Shown here one piece after another: positions 52,839-60,190 of a stretch of DNA of 60,190 nt. Source of the stretch: Bacillota bacterium (lineage in GTDB: Bacteria; Bacillota; Bacilli; Bacillales; Amphibacillaceae); the NCBI GenBank assembly GCA_035301025.1, contig DATGUV010000021.1:1-60190 (forward strand). Reading direction: 5' to 3'. The translations under genes were made by a program, and so were the position numbers. Every line of letters starts with the position of its first letter. Position 1 is the first letter of the stretch. The notes beneath the pieces were generated by a model. The model saw only the letters and a list, made by a program, of their open reading frames with translations. It was not told where the DNA came from and searched no databases.

Positions 52839-52991
52839 TTAATACATTTGCACATTAACAGAAGCCTTATTTGTCTCATCTTTCACATGATCTTTTGGGT
52901 GACTGTCTTCATCTATTTCTAATTCTTTTAACAATAAATAGGCTTCAATGTTCCCTGTTTCACAAAACATTTTCCAAGTTAAGTCAATCAC
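52839..52991 (-). CDS. yqzL: YqzL-like small protein
   Basis: DLTWKMFCETGNIEAYLLLKELE; GTG start after AGGTGGGG. Confidence 0.88.
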   Translation of the reverse strand: MIDLTWKMFCETGNIEAYLLLKELEIDEDSHPKDHVKDETNKASVNVQMY

Positions 52992-53085
52992 AAGAAACCC
53001 CACCTTTCTCTTCGTTAAAATCATCTTGTACGTATAGAATGACCTGCAGCATTAAAATCATTAGTATAAAAATTTTCCAAGTAAG

Positions 53086-53203
53086 TGAATGAATTTCATA
53101 ATGACCAAAATCAGCTCTGTCACTACAACGTGTAGTTTCGAAAGCTCCAACGGAACTACATGTTGTAGTGAAATGGCATAAAATACGTATTATGAAATTC
53201 ACT
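53086..53203 (+). repeat. Copy 5 of palindromic element (best preserved)
   Basis: TGAATTTCATAAT...ATTATGAAATTCA terminal IR; 20-bp inner stem CACTACAACGTGTAGTTTCG/CGGAACTACATGTTGTAGTG. Confidence 0.93.
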
Positions 53204-53204
53204 A

Positions 53205-53321
53205 AAGTGCATTTCATAATTACCAAAATTAGCTATTTCAATACAATATATCGTTTCAAACGACTTAACGGAACTTCAAATTGTATTGGCTTAGCATAAA
53301 ATAGATATGATGAAATTCATT
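53205..53321 (+). repeat. Copy 6 of palindromic element, head-to-tail with copy 5
   Basis: ATTTCATAATTACCAAAATTAGCTA...TAGCATAAAATAGATATGATGAAATTCATT, about 118-bp period. Confidence 0.9.
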
Positions 53322-53358
53322 AAAGGAACGAATCATGTGTTAACAATTACTCTTCTTA

Positions 53359-54261
53359 TTAATACTCGTCCCGTTGGAATCCAAGTTCATGTAACTGTCT
53401 TTGGTTGTTTCGCCAACCAGGTTTTACCTTCACTCTTAATTCCAAGTAAACATGTGATCCTAAAATGTGCTCAATATCTTTCCGAGCTTCTTTTCCAATA
53501 GACTTTAGCATACTCCCTTTTTTCCCAATTAAAATTCCCTTTTGTGAATCTCTCTCTGTAATGATAGAGGCTTGAATGAGAACAGAACCATTGTTTCTAC
53601 GTTCAATATGTTCAATGTTTACTGCAACTGAATGAGGAATTTCTTCCTTTGTTAACCGAAGTACCTTTTCCCGAATGAGTTCCCCCATAATAAAACGCTC
53701 TGGGTGGTCTGTAACAAATTCATCTGGGTAAAATTGTGGCCCTTCTTCCAGTTCATTTTCTAATAATGTTAATAAGTGTTCTACATTATACCCTTCCACT
53801 GCTGAAATCGGTACAACTTCAGTAAATGGATACAAAGATTGGTACGTTTCAATGATAGGGAAAATAGCATCCTTTTCAATTAAATCAACCTTGTTAATAA
53901 CTAGATATACTGGTCGACGAACATTCTTCAACATATCGATAATAAACTGATCGCCTCGTCCGAATCCTTCATGAGCATTCACCATAAAAATAATTGCATC
54001 AACTTCATTTAAAGTGTTTTCAGATGTTTGAACCATGAATGTGCCTAACTTGTGTTTAGGTTTGTGAATTCCTGGAGTATCGATGAATACCATTTGAAAG
54101 TCTTTAGTTGTATATACTCCTTGAATTTTATTTCTTGTTGTTTGTGGTTTATCACTTGTAATCGCGACTTTTTGACCTAGTACACGATTCATAAACGTCG
54201 ACTTGCCGACATTCGGTCTACCAATAATAGCAATAAATCCTGAGTGAAATGTTTCTGTCAT
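53359..54261 (-). CDS. era: GTPase Era
   Basis: [18 protein letters not shown] domain; start MTETFHSG. Confidence 0.97.
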   Translation of the reverse strand: MTETFHSGFIAIIGRPNVGKSTFMNRVLGQKVAITSDKPQTTRNKIQGVYTTKDFQMVFIDTPGIHKPKHKLGTFMVQTSENTLNEVDAIIFMVNAHEGFGRGDQFIIDMLKNVRRPVYLVINKVDLIEKDAIFPIIETYQSLYPFTEVVPISAVEGYNVEHLLTLLENELEEGPQFYPDEFVTDHPERFIMGELIREKVLRLTKEEIPHSVAVNIEHIERRNNGSVLIQASIITERDSQKGILIGKKGSMLKSIGKEARKDIEHILGSHVYLELRVKVKPGWRNNQRQLHELGFQRDEY

Positions 54262-54406
54262 ATTAAATCCTCCACGACGTTTATTTCTTAATGTAATGAT
54301 ACTACAATTGCTAGTACTTTTCATACTTTCGACAAAACTTATAAAAACTTCTAATATTTATACATAAAATGACTGTATGATTGGAAAAAGCAGCCTTAAG
54401 GGCTGC

Positions 54407-54775
54407 TTAAAACCATTCCATTATTTTCGGTAAAAAAATAATTCCACCAACTATACATGCCACTATTACTGCAATGAGCACAGCTCCCGCTGCAATATCC
54501 TTTATTGCTTTGGCACTTGGGTGCATGTCTGGTTTTAAATAATCAATCATTAATTCCATTCCACTGTTGATCATTTCAGCCATGCATACACCCCCACTGA
54601 CCACCATTAGCAACATCCATTCCATTGCAGACACTTGCGTAATCAATCCCATAATAATGACAAGCATCCAAGAAACTAAATGAATTCGAAAGTTTCGTTC
54701 ATGTGTGATCACATATAGAATTCCAGCAAAGGCATGTTTAAAGCCAATGATTTTGTTACTCTCTTTTGAGCCCAT
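54407..54775 (-). CDS. dgkA: Undecaprenol/diacylglycerol kinase
   Basis: ERNFRIH, EMINSGME, KDIAAGAV. Confidence 0.92.
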   Translation of the reverse strand: MGSKESNKIIGFKHAFAGILYVITHERNFRIHLVSWMLVIIMGLITQVSAMEWMLLMVVSGGVCMAEMINSGMELMIDYLKPDMHPSAKAIKDIAAGAVLIAVIVACIVGGIIFLPKIMEWF

Positions 54776-55223
54776 ATTGGTCTAGGATTTCTTTTTGTTT
54801 GGCAAACATTTGCTGTTCTTCTTCTTCACTATCATGGGTATAGCCGAGCAAATGCAAAAAGCCATGGACAACAAGAAATCCAACCTCTCTTTCTACAGAA
54901 TGGTTATATTCTGTCGCTTGTTCCCGCGCCCGATGAATAGACACAATGATATCTCCTAGCATATTGCCTACTTGATGTTGAATGTCCATAGGCAAATCTT
55001 TTAAGTCATCCTGCATTTCAAAAGAAATAACGTCTGTCGGACGATCGACTCCTCGATATTCACGATTGATCTCTTGAATTTCATCATCAGAAACAATGGT
55101 GATGGAAACTTCACTATTTTGAGGAGTCTCTTCAATTGTAGAAGCTAGCTCTAGTAAATCAGTAATTAATTGTACATGCTCTTTTGATAAATACTGTTGT
55201 TCATCTACAAAATCGATGTGCAT
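54756..55223 (-). CDS. ybeY: rRNA maturation RNase YbeY
   Basis: PTDVISF, LGDI, HGFLHLLGYTH. Confidence 0.96.
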   Translation of the reverse strand: MHIDFVDEQQYLSKEHVQLITDLLELASTIEETPQNSEVSITIVSDDEIQEINREYRGVDRPTDVISFEMQDDLKDLPMDIQHQVGNMLGDIIVSIHRAREQATEYNHSVEREVGFLVVHGFLHLLGYTHDSEEEEQQMFAKQKEILDQYGLKRE

Positions 55224-57359
55224 TTATTTCTCCTCTTTCGTCGGATATTGGATGCGTGAATGAAAGATTCCTTTTAACGTTTCACATATGGCCAACCGAA
55301 TGCTTTTTAATTCTTTTAATGTGAGTGGACATTCATCTAGTTGCCCGTCCATTAAACGATCATTAATAATGGAGGAAACAATTTCATCTATCTTCTCTTC
55401 AGTAGGCTCTTTTAATGAGCGTACAGCAGCTTCTACAGAGTCACAAATACAAATAATTGCTGCTTCCTTCGTCTGCGGTTTTGGGCCAGGATATCTAAAG
55501 TCAATTTCTTTTACATTTGGATCATGTTCTTTTTCTTTAAAATAAAAGAATTTTAACAAGGTTGTCCCATGATGTTGCATTGCAATATCTACAATTTCTT
55601 TCGGTATACGCTGTTTTCTTAACATGTCTGCCCCATCATAAGGATGATTAATAATGATTTCAGCACTTTCCCTCGGTTCTAAAAGGTCATGAGGATTTGT
55701 GATAGATAATTGGTTTTCAATGAAATAATGTGGTTTAACAGTTTTCCCAATATCATGATAGTAAGCACCTACTCGCGCTAATAAGCCATTAGCACCGATT
55801 GCTTCACAAGCAGTTTCACTCAAATTCGCAACCATGATGGAGTGATGATAGGTTCCTGGTGTCTCAACAAGCAACTTACGTAATAGCGGCTGATTCGGAT
55901 TCGATAATGAAAGCAGTCGAATATCTGATAAAATTCCTAAGCCTGTTTCAAAAAATGGAAGTAAACCTAACGTTAACACTGCTGATAATAAAGCAGATGC
56001 TAAACCATAACTCGTATGTATTAGAACATCTAATAGCACATATTTTTCAAAGGTTAGAAATACAAATACTAGAATGATAGCTATGTTCATTAAAGCCATC
56101 CCTATTCCTGCACGAACGATTGAAAGCCGGTCCTTTACATTCGAAAGAAGTAATAATGCATTCATTTGAGAAAGAAGGAAGTATATCCCTGCTTCTACAT
56201 TTAATGATCCAGGAATTTCTCCGTTAAAGATAAACGAACCTATAAGGGCATATACAATCGCCATAACGATAGCTAAACGATCATGAATCAGTTGTTTTAA
56301 CAATAAAACTCCTGTAGCTACAGGAACAATATAAAAGAATTCGTTTACCTGTGTCGTAAACAAACTAACAACCTTCATCAGTGCAATTACGATGACGCTA
56401 ATGAACAAGATCGATAAAATCGTGCGATGATCCTGTCGTTGACGTTTGTCCAACCAATAAATCTCATAAAAGATAAAGCCACATAGAATAAGAATAAATA
56501 TAGCTAAGCCAATGACAGGAAAAAAGTTACGCTCATTATCTAGCACTCCAACAAGTTTTAAATCCTCATAGATTTCATTCGTAATTGTTTGTCCTTGTCG
56601 AACGATAATTTCACCTGCCCGAATCACTACAGGGTCTACACTATTAGCAGAAGTTTTACGTGCTTCTTCTGTTTTAGCAGGGTCAAAAAAAGAGTTCTCT
56701 ACTACTGCAAAAGAAGTTAACTCCATCATTAGCTTTTGCTCATCTTCATCCAACACACTATATTTTAAAGATTCTTCAATAACAGAAATGGCACTCTGTT
56801 TATTTTCAGGTCGCACACCTTTTTCCATAACCATTTCTACTGCATCAATGAATATATTCATTCGTTTTTGCCGTTCTTCTGAGTCCCATTGACTTAGGGA
56901 TAAGATTACTTGATCCGAAATCGAATTGGCAATTTCTGCTGATACGATTTGTTTCACTTCTAAGACATAGTCAAAGGGTTCACTTGGAGTATCTTTTTTA
57001 TTCTTTTTCTTAATTTCTTCTGCTTCTTCATCAATTTTATCAAGGGCATCGAATAACTCTTCCACGTATTCGATACGCTCTTCTGTAACTTCTTCAGATA
57101 TGGTATATCGATCTTCTACTGCTTGAATGGTTTCTTGAATTTTTCGTTCCGTTTCTTGATCGTTTTGTATAGTGATTGGTGAACGAATGGTTTGTTTTGC
57201 ACGGTCGAATCGTTCAATGTCATACGTTTCAGTATGGACATTATCCATCGTTATTAAAAAGAAAAACACTCCTAATAACAAGACGGAAATCGTGATGGTA
57301 AACCATTTTGTGCGACGTTTAAACAACGATGACATATAAGGTGCAAATTTTTTCTTCAC
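55224..57359 (-). CDS. pgpH: c-di-AMP phosphodiesterase (7TM-HD)
   Basis: Extracellular domain, seven TM segments, PGTYHHS, HDIGK, HHGT. Confidence 0.93.
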   Translation of the reverse strand: MKKKFAPYMSSLFKRRTKWFTITISVLLLGVFFFLITMDNVHTETYDIERFDRAKQTIRSPITIQNDQETERKIQETIQAVEDRYTISEEVTEERIEYVEELFDALDKIDEEAEEIKKKNKKDTPSEPFDYVLEVKQIVSAEIANSISDQVILSLSQWDSEERQKRMNIFIDAVEMVMEKGVRPENKQSAISVIEESLKYSVLDEDEQKLMMELTSFAVVENSFFDPAKTEEARKTSANSVDPVVIRAGEIIVRQGQTITNEIYEDLKLVGVLDNERNFFPVIGLAIFILILCGFIFYEIYWLDKRQRQDHRTILSILFISVIVIALMKVVSLFTTQVNEFFYIVPVATGVLLLKQLIHDRLAIVMAIVYALIGSFIFNGEIPGSLNVEAGIYFLLSQMNALLLLSNVKDRLSIVRAGIGMALMNIAIILVFVFLTFEKYVLLDVLIHTSYGLASALLSAVLTLGLLPFFETGLGILSDIRLLSLSNPNQPLLRKLLVETPGTYHHSIMVANLSETACEAIGANGLLARVGAYYHDIGKTVKPHYFIENQLSITNPHDLLEPRESAEIIINHPYDGADMLRKQRIPKEIVDIAMQHHGTTLLKFFYFKEKEHDPNVKEIDFRYPGPKPQTKEAAIICICDSVEAAVRSLKEPTEEKIDEIVSSIINDRLMDGQLDECPLTLKELKSIRLAICETLKGIFHSRIQYPTKEEK

Positions 57360-57396
57360 TCACTTCACCTCGGAATATTTGTAGGGTATCAATTCG

Positions 57397-58356
57397 TTAA
57401 TCTACTTGATCATATGCTTCTATAATTCGTTGAACAACTGGATGACGTACAACATCAGAACCTTCTAAATATGCAAATGAAATACCTTTAACACCTGTTA
57501 GCAATTTTGAGGCACTTTGCAATCCAGACTTGGCTCCTTTAGGTAAGTCAATTTGAGTAATATCACCTGTTACAACCATTTTTGAACCAAAACCTAAACG
57601 GGTTAGAAACATTTTCATCTGTTCTTGTGTCGTGTTTTGAGCCTCATCTAAAATGACAAACGCATCATTTAACGTCCGACCTCGCATATATGCAAGTGGC
57701 GCAATTTCAATAACTTCTCGTTCAATTAACCTTGCAGTATGCTCTACACCAAATACATCATGTAACGCATCGTATAGTGGTCTTAAATATGGATCCACTT
57801 TTTCTTTCAAATCTCCTGGTAAAAATCCTAAGCTTTCCCCTGCTTCTACGGCTGGTCTCGTTAAGATGATTTTTTTAACTACACCTGATCGTAAGGCAAT
57901 AATAGATTGTACGACAGCGAGAAATGTTTTACCTGTACCGGCTGGTCCAATACCAAATACTAAGTCACTTTCATTCATTTTCTCAACATATTTCTTTTGA
58001 CCAAGAGTTTTAATACGTATGGATTTCCCTTTAGCATTTTTCGTTAGTTCATCTGCGAACAATGCTTCTAATTGGGATAATTGATCTTTTTTTGCAAGCT
58101 CAATCGCATAGATAATATCACGTTCATGGATTTCAATGCCGCGTCTTATCACGTCCATAATCGCATGTAGAACATCTTCACAATGTTTAACATCTTTCTC
58201 TTTCCCACGTATCAACAACTGTTCACCTCTAGTTGTTATGGATACATGTAGTTGATCTTCTATGCGCTTGAGTAATCTATCATTTGTTCCAAATAAAGCT
58301 AATGCCTCATCTGGATCTAATATTTGAATGGTTGTTTCATGGTTTTGATCTGACAT
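57397..58356 (-). CDS. phoH: PhoH-family ATPase
   Basis: GPAGTGKT, RPAVEAGE.LGFLPG, MRGRTL, DEAQN. Confidence 0.96.
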   Translation of the reverse strand: MSDQNHETTIQILDPDEALALFGTNDRLLKRIEDQLHVSITTRGEQLLIRGKEKDVKHCEDVLHAIMDVIRRGIEIHERDIIYAIELAKKDQLSQLEALFADELTKNAKGKSIRIKTLGQKKYVEKMNESDLVFGIGPAGTGKTFLAVVQSIIALRSGVVKKIILTRPAVEAGESLGFLPGDLKEKVDPYLRPLYDALHDVFGVEHTARLIEREVIEIAPLAYMRGRTLNDAFVILDEAQNTTQEQMKMFLTRLGFGSKMVVTGDITQIDLPKGAKSGLQSASKLLTGVKGISFAYLEGSDVVRHPVVQRIIEAYDQVD

Positions 58357-58358
58357 AC

Positions 58359-59561
58359 TTAGTCTCCTTCGAGAAGAGGTTCTTCTTTTACAATATCCTC
58401 CTCGACAGTAATTAGCAATTGTACCTTAACTTTACCATTCTCAACAGTTTCATGCAAAATTTTTTCATCTTTTATATCGATATTAGGCCCCAACTCATTC
58501 ATTAAATCGTCATGAATTTGTTGGATACCTATTTTTAATGCTTGTTCCTCCGTAATTTCTTCTTCTAACAATTCCTGGTTATGAATCGTTCGTTTTTTAA
58601 TCGTAAAGGGGGTTTTCCACTGTAAAAAATATAACGGATGTTCATGTTCTTGAATAAATGAATGTTCATACTCAGGATTACCCCAGCCCCAAATAGGTAC
58701 TTCTAAAAATGAAGTATCTACAAACCACTTGTTTTTATATACTCCTGTTACACGTTCTCTACGTTGATGCAAAGGTACTTCTACATCAACTTTGTACCAC
58801 GTTTCTGCAATAACTTCCCCTTCTGCTGCGACAATCGTTTTTTCTTCATCTTCTTCATCGGCTCGTTCTAACGTTCCCAGAACAAGAGGGTCACCTTTTT
58901 TGACAGCATCATGAACGTGTACAACAGGCTCGCCTTTAGATACATGCATATACGTAATCACGCCATTCTTTTTAGCAATTAAGTTTCTTGGTGGATTCTT
59001 TTCTATTTTCTCTATCCGTTCCTTTTCAATGCCTTCTAATAAAAAGGTTGTCCCTTTTTTCTCTACACCTATCCATAGCAATTCAGGAATTTCCTGTGTA
59101 AGTGCAAATTGAATATCACTAGCGCTTGGGACAAAAAACATCCAGCTACCTTTTTTAACTTCTTCTTTTTCCAATGTTTGCATAATCTTTTCTTCTATGT
59201 CTGAAGAAACACCCGAAATTTGTATACTCCAAATCATGTTTGAAAGTGCGTAAATGAGAAAAAAAGACAGAAGAGCAGATAACACAATATGCTTACTTTT
59301 TAGCCATCTTCTCCATATAAATGGATAACCCTGCTTTTGTTTAAACGTTAGTTTGTAAGAGGTGCCTCTTCTTAACGTGCGAATATCTGATACATGTCGC
59401 ACACGCATTTTTCCTTCGCATATGTCCTTCGATATTTTTTTAATATCCCAGATGACAATACCTAGTTGATCCATGCACATTTGAAAAAAATATTCTGGTC
59501 GTTTTCCTCGTACAACAACTGTTACAGAACCAGTGAAAAATGATCCTTGAACATGTTTCAT
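58359..59561 (-). CDS. yqfD: Sporulation protein YqfD
   Basis: SNMIW.IQI.G, LIAKKNGVI, A.GEVIAETWY; synteny. Confidence 0.92.
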   Translation of the reverse strand: MKHVQGSFFTGSVTVVVRGKRPEYFFQMCMDQLGIVIWDIKKISKDICEGKMRVRHVSDIRTLRRGTSYKLTFKQKQGYPFIWRRWLKSKHIVLSALLSFFLIYALSNMIWSIQISGVSSDIEEKIMQTLEKEEVKKGSWMFFVPSASDIQFALTQEIPELLWIGVEKKGTTFLLEGIEKERIEKIEKNPPRNLIAKKNGVITYMHVSKGEPVVHVHDAVKKGDPLVLGTLERADEEDEEKTIVAAEGEVIAETWYKVDVEVPLHQRRERVTGVYKNKWFVDTSFLEVPIWGWGNPEYEHSFIQEHEHPLYFLQWKTPFTIKKRTIHNQELLEEEITEEQALKIGIQQIHDDLMNELGPNIDIKDEKILHETVENGKVKVQLLITVEEDIVKEEPLLEGD

Positions 59562-59571
59562 GTCTTCACCC

Positions 59572-59853
59572 TCAATTTGTTCGAAAAGTAATATCTTCTA
59601 TCGTTCCTTCTAATAAAATTTCTTCCGGCAACATCATCTTTATAACAAATTCTTTTCCAGTTATTTGAATGATTCCGTCTGTCGAAGCCAATGTTAATTC
59701 TGTGTTTGTGTATGTTTTTAATCCATGATGATTTTCAATATACACGTGTAGTTGACCGACCACTGTAATTCGGGGTAATTCAAGAACAAGATCAGCAGGA
59801 AGTGATAACTTGTTAACTAATAAAGGTTGTAATCGTTGAAGCCATTTTTTCAC
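59572..59853 (-). CDS. yqfC: Sporulation protein YqfC
   Basis: LPADLVLELPRIT..GQLHVYIENH. Confidence 0.93.
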   Translation of the reverse strand: MKKWLQRLQPLLVNKLSLPADLVLELPRITVVGQLHVYIENHHGLKTYTNTELTLASTDGIIQITGKEFVIKMMLPEEILLEGTIEDITFRTN

Positions 59854-59977
59854 ACGTGTAGCCCCCTCTCATGTATATAAATATGAGGAAGGAAGAGCAT
59901 TCAGAACTAAAGGAAGGTTTTTATCCAGTTTATAAAAGGGAATGTATCATGATTGAAGGAAGTTTTGGATGTTCAAT

Positions 59978-60017
59978 AAAAAATCCAGTATAAGAAATTT
60001 CTTATACTGGATTTTTT
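59978..60017 (-). terminator. Terminator after the yqfB-like gene
   Basis: AAAAAATCCAGTATAAG-aaattt-CTTATACTGGATTTTTT. Confidence 0.85.
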
Positions 60018-60018
60018 A

Positions 60019-60190
60019 TTAATATAATTGATGTTTATTCATATTTCTTCTTTTATAAGGTTGTTTTGATCGTGGTTCACCAAGTACTTCAGACATGATC
60101 ACACTATCAATTAAATCTTTTTTACGGAGACGTTTCTTCATTTGAGTCCGCAACTTCTTAGATTGATGATTCATTCCTACATTTACTTGA
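60019..60190 (-). CDS. C-terminal fragment of YqfB-like protein (runs off window end)
   Basis: ...LIDSVIMSEVLGEPRSKQPY... stop at 60019; position upstream of yqfC. Confidence 0.7.
   Translation of the reverse strand, partial: QVNVGMNHQSKKLRTQMKKRLRKKDLIDSVIMSEVLGEPRSKQPYKRRNMNKHQLY

Noticed and set aside
52984-53226. 80-aa ORF across element copy 5
   Set aside because: No RBS and the frame is not preserved in other copies
53086-53321. Tandem repeats as a CRISPR array
   Set aside because: Units are about 118 bp, fully homologous with no unique spacers, and no cas genes are present

Overview
AT-rich core chromosome of a spore-forming Bacillaceae, largely syntenic with the Bacillus subtilis spoIIIAA-efp-gcv-comG-pbpA-sodA-sigA-glyQS-era-phoH-yqfC region. 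Most genes lie on the minus strand. Besides about 60 housekeeping, sporulation and competence genes (several small ones missing from the ORF track), the window holds five tRNAs, a tandem glycine riboswitch, a glyQS T-box, NrdR and CcpN boxes and many terminators. No transposase, prophage or CRISPR array is visible. The main unexplained feature is a dispersed ~115-bp intergenic palindromic element present in 7 copies. Its long stem shows compensatory base changes and strand-biased G-U/G-T pairs, which points to a structured mobile or regulatory element family. Other oddities are an inverted comG operon, a 55-bp bcr1-like remnant, a T-box with a GGU specifier, and local absence of lipM, glcK, ispG/ispH, zur, cdd and pst. 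Gene names and synteny come from recalled B. subtilis knowledge, not from database searches.
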